Assembly (NCBI GenBank): GCA_047967505.1
Contig: CM106538.1
Length of the DNA stretch: 64,000 nucleotides
Origin: Dipteris shenzhenensis
Taxonomy: Eukaryota
Direction: 5' to 3' (one strand)
Part shown: in pieces, positions 13,517 through 25,100 of the stretch
How positions within the stretch are numbered: the first letter of the stretch is position 1
Layout: the number at the start of each line of letters is the position of its first letter
Translations under genes and position numbers: made by a program
The notes under the pieces: generated by a model
Databases searched by the model: none
Seen by the model: only the letters and a program-made list of their open reading frames with translations
Told to the model about the DNA's origin: nothing

Positions 13517-13820
13517 ACCCGCTTTGATTCTATCTCACGAGATAACTATCAAATGATCTCAAACATAGCAGTTCCAATTCTCATAACAAAGGGATTATTC
13601 ACCCAAAAGATGGCATCCTAACTCACTCTTAATCAAGAGAACCAATCAACCACGAATTTCACATATCGCTGCTTCGTGTGAGCTCAAAGTAGGACAAAGT
13701 GCAATATTAACAAGTTGTATTGAAGCTTGCAAAGTAGCAATACAATCCTTAGAGTCTTAGAACAAGAGCTCTCTCCAATGTACAAGATCTCCAGTCACTG
13801 TTGTTGTTGAAGCAGCTCAC
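11850..13820 (-). mobile_element. Degenerate LTR-retrotransposon 5' remnant (LTR-like 12897-~13820, PBS, decayed gag-like region)
   Basis: Minus-strand TGGTATTAGAGC at 12884-12895 (1 mismatch to tRNA-iMet PBS) followed by a decayed reading frame (MAEEVEMASSS...). No partner LTR seen. Confidence 0.45.
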
Positions 13821-13952
13821 ATCTCTTAATTGTCTATGTGTTCCCTAGATAGATTCCACTTTTACTTGTCATATATCGAGATCTTTTGATGCTGTAATTG
13901 CAAGTTTCCTCTTTGGGAGCTGTCTCTTGTAAAATAAATTTGCATCCAAAAA
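13820..13952 (+). mobile_element. Very short 3' tail of a family B LINE
   Basis: Aligns with 35085-35229 and 29600-29740. Hairpin at 13904-13920, A tail, then (TG)n. Confidence 0.7.
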
Positions 13953-13969
13953 TGTGTGTGCGTGTGTGT

Positions 13970-16900
13970 GTACAAGCTGTACCTTCTCACGGCCCCTTTT
14001 CAGCTTCCTTACCTGTCCATACATCCTCCGTACAACCTGTACGGAACCCCTTTTGTACGGAACCCCTTTTCGACCTCCTTGCCTGTCTGTACATCCTCCG
14101 TACAACCTATACGGAACTGTACATTTGTACGGACTGTTGCTGCTAGTCTCTGCTGTACCTGCGGGCCTTGGGAAGAGCATTCATCGTCAGTTTTGACTTC
14201 ACACCTGCTGCTGCATATCGTTTTGGGTCTCCCTTCACTCCTTTTGCTGTTTTTGTTGCTGATTTTCGTGTCTTTCATATCCTTGCTGCTTTGCCCTTTC
14301 TCTGTTGTGATCTGGGTTGATTTTGGGATAGGTTTTCGCCTCTTTTGTGAACTTGTCTTTCTTCTCTCTAAATCCTTAAATATTTCTTCCCTCTCCTTCT
14401 CCTTGCAAATACACTATTTCCTTTTTCTTTGAGGGCTGTTTTTTCGCGACTGTTTTTTCTCTTTTATTACTTTACAGGTACCCCCTTTTTGGGTTCCATC
14501 TCTTTCAGAAGACATGGCTGAATACTCCTATGAAAAAACTTTTCAAAAGGATCGATCGGCTCAATGCAAAAAGCAAAAGCAGGCTGAGTGTCAACATGAC
14601 CCCGTGCATGATTCTGTTGAAGCACAACTGGTGTATGATGTCATGCACGAAGGATTTGCAAACACAAGGAAAGAGTGGAAAGACTCTGTTCCATCCGTTG
14701 GTCTCATGGTTGAAGTGGATGAAATTGTGGATCCAATTAGAGAATATGCCAAAAATGCAGTCATTTTATTTTTCCCAAGTCGGATGCCACCTGCTGTAGA
14801 GGTAGGCAAATGGTTGACCCGAACACTAGCTGACTCATTTGTTCGTAAGGTACACTATGCAGCCAAAGGCTTTTTTGAGGTCATTATGGTAGATGAGATT
14901 CACAGGAAAATGCTTTTGGAACATTCGCCACTCTTTTTTGGGCAGCAAATGGTGCACGTTTTGCCATGGTCCCCCACAAGGGATTATCAGGCTCTGATTT
15001 GACATCGATGTCCGGTCTGGGTTGAAGCTGTAGACTTCCTGCAATGCATGGCTTCACTCTTGCCTAAAATTGCAGCAACTTTAGGCAAAGTGGTTTACCC
15101 ACTGCGGCCTAACGGCAACTCTAATCGATTTTCATTCTCTGGGATACTGATAATCCCACACCGGAGCCTTATTCAGTCACACGGTGAACAATGTTGACAT
15201 GGGAAGTGCATTTTATAAATTGAAATAGGGATTGTTTGCAAGGGCTTGTTTTGAATGTAAAAAATTTCGGCAAAGCTTCGCAGTGTCCAATGAGTCAACA
15301 TAAAATGCCTCCTGCTACTTTGCTTGCTCAGATGCCCAATAAGGATGCTCCTACCTCTATTGGGAATAAAAATAAAGGTAATAGACAGCTTTTTGTGAAT
15401 CCGGATAATGGCAAAGCCCCACTTGTTTCAAAGGGGAATGCTTCTTCCCCTTCACTTCCTGCTATTCAACTTTCAGCAAAAGGACCAAAATTGATGGATG
15501 GCAAAGTCCAAGAAAAGTTATTTCTGTTAGAAGACCTCCACCCCCTCACACTTGGAATGGTGCATCTTCTAGTGGAAATTCTCCAAAGGTCAACTCAGGC
15601 ATTGGAATCACGTGGGCTGCAGTGACAGCTAGCAGAACCCTCTTCCCTGAAGAAGAGGTTGCTGCATTGCTGTCCAATCCTCAGGTGGATGTTTATTCTC
15701 AGGGAAGAGGCCCTGACCCTGAGGTAGAAATGCACGGCTGACATCCTAAAGGTTGCTGCTGTACATAACTTTTTTTTCCTATAAATATCTGTAAATATGC
15801 TTGCTCATATCAAATGCCTTACCTTAAATGTTCAGGGGATGTGCGACAGTAGGAAATGGAAATCTATGTGGCTGTATATCAAGCGATTTCAGCCTGATAT
15901 AGTGGCATTACAAGAACACAATCAGCATGTCTATGCAAGAAAGACACGTCATTATTGCGGCTATGATATCTTTTATGCTGGGGAGCACTCTCTTTCTCAG
16001 GTGTAGTCATTCTGATTAAGCATGAGCTTCAGCTAGTTATTGCTTTAAATGACAATCAAGGCAGATGGATTATTCTTCAATGCATCATTCAAGGCGAGGT
16101 GTTTGAATTTGCTTCTGTATATGCACCTCAATCTTCTTGGGCTAGAAGTGCAATTTGGGATGCCATGCACCGATATCCATGGAGATATCATGCCTTTATA
16201 TGTGGGGATTTGAATAATGCTCCGCAACAGAGTAACAATACATCAAGAAATACTCACATGTTAACCTCTAAAAGGCATGCATGGTCTCAATTACTGATTC
16301 ATCTTGATTTGGTTGATCTTTGAAAGGAATTGCAACCTTTGTCACCTGGATACACTTTTCAACATAATGCCCTTTCTTCTTACCAGGCACGTCTGGATCG
16401 TTGGTATAGCGTAGCCCCGCAACAAAATGATAATTTCACATGCAAAATGTGGGTTGACTATGCCTTTGCATTCAGATCACGCACCGTTATGGTTGAGGCT
16501 ATCTTTTCATGATATGCCATATGATAGACTGCCTCAAAGGCAACATCTCATTGTGAACAATAGCTATTTGCAGCATGTTACTTTCAAGGCAATGGTTACT
16601 AATGCCTATCAATCTCTGTTTTCTCAGAGCCACTTTGATATTGATAATGCATGGGGTTCTTTTGTTTCCAAAATGCAAGTTGTAATTAGAGGTTATGGCA
16701 AGTCTTACATGAAGACTTTGAGGGAAACTGTTGCTCAAGCTAAATTGACTTGCCAAGACCTCACTGAACTCAGTCAATTTCATCCTTTGTTCTTGCATGA
16801 GCAAACAACACTATGCCAAGCTAAACATTGTCTCCAAATCAATGATCACAGGAACCTTGCCAAATGGGAGACCAGAGCAAGACAAAGAGCTTTCATAGAT

Positions 16901-19165
16901 AAAGGTTGTTCTTCCAAACAATTTTTTAAAAGCTTGCATCAGAAGAGATTAAGCACAAACATTTGCAAGGTGCTTATGCCTAATGGTTCATGGACTACAT
17001 CACGGTCACAGCTTGCTTCTATTTGTGTACATCATTTCTCTCAGCAGTTTGGTTATGCAGATCCTCCTTCACAACAGGTTTTGTCTGCAAGAAATCTGCT
17101 TTTACAACATGTCTCTCCTATTATCTCCACTACTCAAGGAACCTTTTATTGAAAGGGAATTGTCAGATGCAATCAAATCTTGTGGTAGATGGAAATCTCC
17201 AGGATGGGATGGTCTTACAGTTGAGTTTTTCTTAGAATATTGGCCTCTTTTGAAGCCAGTTATTTACAAAATTACTACCAAAATGATTGTTGATCGGATA
17301 AATGGCTATTTGCATGATGGATTGCATCCTGCACAATATGGTTTTGTTCCTCGTAGGCATATCATAGACAACATTGCTAATGTCTATGTTGGAATAGAAT
17401 ATGAGCAGGATGTTTTGCTATTGCAAGTTGATATTGCCAAAGCTTTTGACACTATTCAGTGGGACTTTATTTCACAAACAATGCTGTGAGCATAATCTTT
17501 TTCCAGATGCAAGCATTTTATTGACATTTACATGTTTCCATTAATGCATCATTTGCCTTGGGATTTGGCAAAAAAATGCAGCAAGTTATCAATTGGCTAT
17601 ATCAAGATAGTAAAGCTGCCTACATACTTTCAAGGAATATTTCTACAACATGGACTCTTGGTTGTTCTGTTCGACAAGGCTGTCCCCTTAGTGCTTTACT
17701 ATTTGCCATAGTCACTCATCCAATGCTTCAATATATGGACCACCTTTTGGACACCGGCATGTTGTATGGATTGGAAATTCCTAGCGGACGCAGCATGATC
17801 GCTCAAGCATATGCTGATGATTCTTTCTCTACCCCGAAAAATACTCAGAGCAATTTCTCCTTGTTTATGCAGGCTCTTTCTACATATGGCTTGGCTACTA
17901 GTTTTCATGTGAATTTTCAGAAATCCAAGCTCTTGCCGTTGCATGCTAAAGATTGGCATAGTCTTTTATGGCCTGGGGAAATTGTTCCACCTTCTCAATT
18001 GATTCGACATCTTGGCTTCTTTCTAGGTTGGGGGCTCACTCGTTCTCAACAAACTAATTGGGTGCTCACAAACCTGAGGAAAAAACTTGAATATTGGAAG
18101 CTTGCAACTTGGCCATTACATGTTCATTTGCGAATAACGCAATCCATTTTGATAGCATACATACAATTCTATCTGCCCCTCATTATGTTTAGTAAGGCAA
18201 ATCTGGCTTCCTTATGGAGATTTTTTGGCGTTCAAACAATAGCAAAAAAAGTCTCAGATTACTCTCTATGCATCGTGTCTGTTTTCTAAAGACGCACGGG
18301 GGTTTGAACATACTCAATATTCAAGTGCATATACTTGCTCACAAGGGGAAAATGATGTTGCAGTTTATGCAAGGGGATCAGCCTTGGGCTTTCATGATCC
18401 GCTCTCTTCTATTGCATATTAATACTTCTGCTTTTGGGCATTGGCAGCCTACATAGTGGGATTTTCTACTTGGCTCTATTCAAGGCAAGATCCGAGGCTG
18501 CCCTTTTGTCTCTCGTTTGCTTCTTGATTGGAAGCATATTTTATCCCACTTGGAATGAAATGGCAAAGATTCTTTGTTGGGAAATTCCTTGAGGGCTAAG
18601 AATATTTATTGGTCCAAAGTATTCCACCCCCCTTTGGCTATACAAGAACCCAAGTGTTCTCATTTTATCTCTCTCAAAGGTATTGCTTCTATGGCGGATG
18701 TACTTCAGGACGATGGCACTCTTTTATCTTTTTCTGCAGCTGCTAGCAAGTATGATTTGGGAGCTCATTATCATCCTTTATGGCACAAAATTTCAGAGAT
18801 GCTTCAACCTTTCTTGCCAGTACCTCGTTTGGAACTTCAGGATAGGCTTGAGGATTGGACTCTCCATTCTTCCTTCTCTTCAGCCCGTCCTTTGAAGCTC
18901 ACATATCACAGTGCCTTCTCTGTATAAAATGTTGTTACCTCCGTCTTGGGTTTCTGACAAAGCCAATTCTGTTTGGCATATAGATCACCCATCAAAGTGG
19001 TGGAGAAAGCGGCTGCGTCTCCTTTGGCATTATAAAGTCCCTCTTCAGCAACAAGTTTTCCTCTGGCGAGTCCTACTTGGCGTTTTTTCATCTGGGCAGT
19101 TACTCGCGCATAGACATATTGTCTCTGCTATTTGCCACCGATGTCCACATTCTGCTGAATCTCTG
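13970..19165 (+). mobile_element. L1-clade LINE family B copy B1, decayed, 3' end lost
   Basis: CCGTAC-rich 5' UTR. ORF1 from 14514 (MAEYSYE...KGFFEV...CPVWVE). ORF2 from 15797 (LTLNVQG, ALQEH, CGDLN, SDHAP, SPGWDG, VDIAKAFD, RQGCPLS, YADD, CHRC). Stops abruptly inside zf-RVT. Confidence 0.92.
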
Positions 19166-20627
19166 TGCCTCACACAGGGTCAAAAACCTATTGTAACATG
19201 GGATGAAAAGATTCCACTAAAAAGGGCACTTCTGTATCCCAAACAGAAGGAGACTCTGGCACAAGCATCAGAGGCAAAGGAGCTAGATTAACATCTGTAT
19301 CCTCCGACGAAAGAGATGCATCTGATAAAGCAGGACTCAGCATTTCAGCTTCAATTCGAGGATCACAACCTGAGAAAGAGCATGTGCAGCATCCTGTATG
19401 ATCCCCTTTGCAAGGGACACATCCATATCTAGAGGAGAAGGAGGCTGATGATGCTCAACAAGAGCCGGATCCTGAACTTCTTTAGCAAGAGGAAGATTAA
19501 CCTGTGATTTTTCTACCTTCCTCTAGTAATGCTTCGGAGCAGTAAAAGAAGGCTTATCTAGTAAAGCCTTAGCGGAAACCGGAGGAGAAGGAAGAGTACA
19601 CTTTACAGTTGAAGAAGGAACAAGAGGAGTGGTCATGGAAGGCGAAGGGCAAGCACGTGCAAAATGACCAACCTGCCGGCACCGATAACATGCTATAGGA
19701 AAAGAGGCAAAATGCAACCTAATGCGCATCGGAAGAGCAAATCCCAAATCAAGATCCAAAGTAGAGGGCACGGGCTGCATCATATCCCATAAAATACAAA
19801 GGCGAACATCCCGAGTAGCCTGCAAAAACTCCTCTCTCGGAATATGTAGAGGCCTCCCCAAAAAAGCTGCAAGAGTAGGAAGATGCTGAAGAAGAGGCAG
19901 AGGCAACACTTTGATGGTAATCCAAACCGGACAATGAGTCAGAAGAGAGGCAGACGAATCAAAAAGCGGATCCCACATCCACATGAGCTGCTGCTCCTCC
20001 CCGTTCCCCTGCTGCTCCCCCTCCCCTCTCCCTGCCTCCGTCCCCTCCCCCCTGCTGCTCCGCTCCCTCTCCCTGCCTTCGCCCCTCCCCCCTGCTGCTC
20101 CCCTCTGCCCCCTGCTGTCCCGCCCCCTCTCCCTGCTGCTCCGTACCCTCCCCCCTTGCTCCGCCCCCTCTCCCTGCTGCTCCCCCTCTCCCCCTGCCTC
20201 CGCCCCTTCCCCCCTGCTGCTCCGCTCCCTCTCCCTGCTGTCCCGCCCCCTCTCCTGCTGTCCCGCCCCCTCCCCTGCTGCTCCGCTCCCTCTCCCTGCT
20301 GTCCCGCCCCCTCTCCTGCTGTCCCGCCCCCTCCCCTGCTGCTCCGCTCCCTCTCCCTGCTGTCTCGCCCCCTCCCCTGCTGTCCCGCCCCCTCCCTGCT
20401 TGCTCTCCCGCCCCCTCTCCTCCTCTCACTCCTCCCTTTCTTCTCCTCTCCCTTCCCCTCCCTCCTTGCCCCTCTCCCCTCTCAGCCTTAGCCCCTCTCC
20501 TCCTTCCCTCCCCTTCCCCCCTGCTTCCTCCTAGCCTCCTTTCCCCTCCCTTGCCCCTTGCAGTTTTTTTTTGGAACGGAAGGAGCCTTTTTTCCTGTTC
20601 GAGTCGGCCTCCTCACCTTGATTGGCG

Positions 20628-22169
20628 ATGGATTCCCCGTCAGCCAATCCTACTCCATCTCCACCGGCCGCGAAAACTATCACATTCTCTAAAGACGAGT
20701 TGCAGCAGCTCAGGAAGGATGTAGAGATTGAGTGCTCTACCACTTTGTTAGCACGCATCTTCGGGTCTCACCCTTCCAGATCCCAAGCCAGAGACTGGAT
20801 GCTTGCGGCTCTCCCCCCAGACCTCGCTCCTCGATTGGTAGATGTTCGCCTTCTGGGACGAGGTTTCTTCCAGGTTGTTTTTGACACTCCAGAGGCTGCG
20901 AGCACTGTGCTCAAGGCCGAGCTTTTACACCTGGGACACAGGAAGATCTTCTTTGAAGCCTTTCACCTTGGTTTCGACCCAGTTGAGGCAGATAAGAAAT
21001 TCTTTTCGCTCTTCATCAGGTTCCCCGGGCTTCCCCAGGTCTACTATCGACTTCTTTCTGTTATTGGGGAGCATTTTGGCGTAGTTGCTGAGATCCCACC
21101 CCTCCCTGGGTTGCCATTGACTGCAGCAGAGGCAACCAAGGCTGATGGGGTTCCTAGAGTTAGGGTCCTTTGCAAGGATCCTAACCTCGAGATGGACCAC
21201 GTCATGATACAGCGCCCGGATGGTTCCTTTTTTCGCCAGAGAGTGGAGATTTCAGGCAGGCAGGACCAGTGCAGGATTTGCAGGACCTCGGGACACTTTG
21301 CCAGGGATTGTCCCAGAAAGAAGAAAAGGCCTAAGAAGACCTCTGGTACAGCTACCGCCTCAGGACATCGACAGGGGGGACAGGGGGGGAGATTAGACCC
21401 GGCACTTGCCCCTCGACCTCGACAGAGGGGTGGTACAGGTCCAGCTCCTGCTCCTCATTCTTCACGTGGCGGTCCTGCTCAGTCAGGTGGTGGTACAGGT
21501 TCAGTACCTATTCCTCGGCCTCACCAGGGGGGTGGTACAGGTCCTGCTCCTCGACCCCCACCTCCCTCAGGCACACGTGACGCTTTACAGTGGGTTCCAG
21601 TACGTGTGCAGGTCCCTCCTTCAGTTCACGAGGGTACCTTAGTAGATTCTGCTTCACCTCGAGCTGTCCTTCCTGTCTCACCTTGCACAGTTCGAGACGC
21701 TGAAGCTTCGACCTCCTCCCCAGTTGCAGCTTCTTCCTTAGATCCAGCACTGCCAGATGTTCCTCTTGAGGACGGAGAGATTTCCGCGGCTGGGCAGACA
21801 CCGGGTAGAGAGCCTTCCTCACTCCCTCCCTTAGACAGGGGGAAGGGGATAGCTTACACTGTTGATCCTCTTCCCTCACAAGGGATCCTTCGTACTCCGG
21901 TGTCTGGATTGCTCCACAGGAACTCATTTTCAGCCTTGGCAGAGAGTTCAGATTTCCCAGAGGAGGAGTTTGTTCCCGCTACTTTTGGGGAGCCAGTGGT
22001 TGGATTTCCTATTGACAGGGCTTCTTCTTCAGGTGCCAGGATTCTTTCCCCTATTGACTTTCCTCCACTGGGTTCCTTCCCTCCATCCAGGAGGTCTTCC
22101 CCTGTTGAGGGGTTTGTTTCCGCCACTAGGTCGGGTAAGGTGTTCCACTCTACATCCTCCCGTCGATGA
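20628..22169 (+). CDS. LINE ORF1p: DUF4283/RRM-like domain, CCHC knuckle, Gly/Pro/Arg repeats, disordered tail
   Basis: Open 513-codon frame from ATG 20628; CRICRTSGHFARDC. Stop overlaps the ORF2 start (ATGA). Confidence 0.93.
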   Translation: MDSPSANPTPSPPAAKTITFSKDELQQLRKDVEIECSTTLLARIFGSHPSRSQARDWMLAALPPDLAPRLVDVRLLGRGFFQVVFDTPEAASTVLKAELLHLGHRKIFFEAFHLGFDPVEADKKFFSLFIRFPGLPQVYYRLLSVIGEHFGVVAEIPPLPGLPLTAAEATKADGVPRVRVLCKDPNLEMDHVMIQRPDGSFFRQRVEISGRQDQCRICRTSGHFARDCPRKKKRPKKTSGTATASGHRQGGQGGRLDPALAPRPRQRGGTGPAPAPHSSRGGPAQSGGGTGSVPIPRPHQGGGTGPAPRPPPPSGTRDALQWVPVRVQVPPSVHEGTLVDSASPRAVLPVSPCTVRDAEASTSSPVAASSLDPALPDVPLEDGEISAAGQTPGREPSSLPPLDRGKGIAYTVDPLPSQGILRTPVSGLLHRNSFSALAESSDFPEEEFVPATFGEPVVGFPIDRASSSGARILSPIDFPPLGSFPPSRRSSPVEGFVSATRSGKVFHSTSSRR

Positions 22170-25100
22170 GGATTATCAGTTGGAACATACAGGGCCTAGG
22201 TGGCGTCCCACATCGCCGCCGCAGACAGCTGATCCGGGATCAGCTTCATCCAGGTGTTACTGGTGGTCCCATTGATATATTATTTATTCAAGAGCACAAG
22301 CTGGATTATAGAGATTGTGCCAAGTCAGGCAAGTTGCTCTCAGGACATACTTTTTGGTCGCCTGCATTGGGCACTAGGGGAGGCACTTCTATTTCAGTTT
22401 CGCAGTCGGTTCTCCCCTTAGTTGTTGGGCACGGAGTCATTATCCCCTCTAGAGCTCAGTGGATTATTCTCTTGATTGGAGGGCGTAAGGTTGGCTTCCT
22501 CAACCTATATGCCTCCAACATTAGAGGGGAACGTGTCCTTATGTGGAAGACTTTGCTCTCCTGGGCCCCCATTGTGGATTCTTGGGTGATTGGAGGTGAC
22601 TTTAACATGGTCGAGTTACCTTCAGACAAAAAAGGGGGTAGAGAAGGCGGACTTCACTCTTTGGAGAGAGCAGCTTGGGATGCCTTCCTTTTCCATTTCT
22701 GTGGCAGAGATACTTGGTGTGATGATGCCTTTCTTATTCAGCCACAGTCCCTCCTGTTCTCTTGGTCGAACAGGAGGCAACAGATGCCTATTCATGCACG
22801 CATTGACAGATTTTATGTAGATGACTGGGCACTTGACAGAGGGGGATCGGTATGCATTGCTGCAGGGGTTTCCACCTCAGACCATTTCCCTGTTGTTTTG
22901 GCTATCTCAGAGCCTCACTTGAGAGGCCGATCAGCCAGCATCAGGATCCCAGATGCCTTTTACACAGAGGAGGACCTTACAGAGGCAGCCCTACGGGTAT
23001 GGTTTGCTCATGTCCAGGGAGGGCAGCCACATCCTTCACATTTAGCCGCTGCCCTCTCTGGTATTAGTGACTTTTACTGCTCAGTTGCTTCTACCAGGAG
23101 ACGAGATATTCTCAGACGTGAGATTGGTGTTCGCCAGCAGTTAGCAGCTTTGCAGAGGGAAGAGCAGAAACGGCCTTCAGATGCTTGGATTCAGGAGCGC
23201 CTTGCTGCAGCGAGGGCTCACTTGCAGTTATTGCTTGATCAGAGAGCAGAGTATGCCTTTTATGCACGGGAGTCCTTCTGGATTCAGATGGGTGGTAGAG
23301 TCAATAAACACTTCTTCTCTACTCTTGGCCCTAGACATAGTAGAGAGAGTGTATCTCAGCTTATTGACTCACATGGGGTTTTACAGACAGAGCCAGATGA
23401 CGTCTTACGCATAGCTTCAGATTTCTATGCCACCCTCCTTACTGCTGATCCTGAGACACACGATATAGAGGATGCTAGACAGGCTATTTGGCAGAGTATC
23501 CCAGTGTTGGTGAATCCGGATTTGCATGTTCTACTTGACGCACCTTTCACCAACACAGAGTTCAGGACTGCACTTTCAGCCCTTCACAAGGGCAAGTGCC
23601 CAGGTTTAGATGGCCTCACTCCGTCTTTTTTCATTGCATTTTGGGATATGATTGGAGACTATATTACTTCAGCCATGCAGGCCATTTGGGACTCTGGCGA
23701 GATGCCTGAATCGCTTACAGAGGGCCTCATCCACCTTATCCCAAAAGGAGGTAGCAGAAATTTATTGTCCCAGTGGAGGCCTATCACACTTCTGGGGACT
23801 TGTTACAAGATTCTGGCCAAGGCGATCAGCCTCCGATTGCAGCCACTTCTCCCTGATCTTATCCACGACACTCAGACGGGATTCGTGCATGGCAGAAGTA
23901 TTTTTGATAACATTTTTTCTTTCTGGGAAGCTTCAGAGTGGGCCGTGCAGAGTGGCCAGAATCTTGCCATTCTACTGTTGGATTTTGAAAAAGCTTATGA
24001 CAGAGTAGATTGGAGTTTTTTGGAGGGCACCCTACTACGCTTTGGATTCACTGATGTTTGGATCAGAGGTGTTTCCTCTTTGTACAGGTCAGCCCATAGC
24101 CAGGTACTTATTGGTGGGGTAAGGGGTGAGAGATTTCAGATTTCGAGATCAGTCCGTCAGGGATGCCCCCTTGCTCCTTTCCTTTTTTTATTCGTGGCCG
24201 AAGCTATGAGCATCTATGTTAGATCTCAAGCTGACATCTTTGGGCTGAGACTTCCTATCAGAAGAGAAGAGGAGCTGCTTGACAGTGAGTTGGCTGATGA
24301 CACAGCGATTTATTTGGATGCCTCTCCACAGACATTGACTTCTTTCAGGACAGCATTGGATTTATTTTGCTTGGCGGCAGGGGCGCAGATAAATTGGCAT
24401 AAATCCAATGGCTTTTGGATCAGTGATGAGGACACTCCAGTTTGGGGACTTGACATAGGGTTCACTTGGGTTCAGAGGGGTGTGCCTATCAGGTATTTGG
24501 GCTGCCAGGTCGGCTTGGGTATTTCTACCACGCAGCAGTTTGCTCCCGTGTTGGAGAGCATCAGAAGGAAGCTTCTCTTTTGGAGCTCAGCCAAGCTGGA
24601 TCTTGCCTCTAGAGTTGTGGTGGTCAACCAGGTCCTTTTGGCCACGGCCTGGTTTATTTGTTCATGTTGGTGCCGTTCTAGGGACTGCATCATTCAGCTC
24701 AGAAGACCGATCAGGAACTTTCTCTGGAGTGGACCTGATGGCACAGCAGATGCCTTAGCCAGGGTGGCTTGGGAGACCCTCATCCTCCCTACACAGGATG
24801 GGGGTCTCAATATTATTGATCCAGATTTACAGTGCAGAGCCTTACTTTGCAAGATAGTGGTGCGAGGACTTATGCCAGGACAGGAACCGTGGAAGGACTT
24901 TCTTATCAGCAGCATACAGAGGTGCACACCTTCCTCAGGAGGAGACTGGATGAGCAGTGTTAGATGGATTTTCACCTCAGCACACCTCAGATCACCTTCA
25001 TCCCCTCTCATGGTTGCCATTCTGAAAGCTTGGGCTAGTTTCAGAAGCTCTCTTCGGAGGATTCCTCCTTCCTCCCGGGAAGAGATTGATAGGCAGCCCA

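Noticed and set aside
13860-13871. TGTCA as the right end of the 12897 LTR
   Set aside because: The sequence aligns with family B LINE tails, so it belongs to the LINE fragment.
17487-17555. ~70-bp insert in B1 RT beginning GTGAG, as a possible intron
   Set aside because: No AG acceptor where the reading frame resumes; treated as filler insertion.
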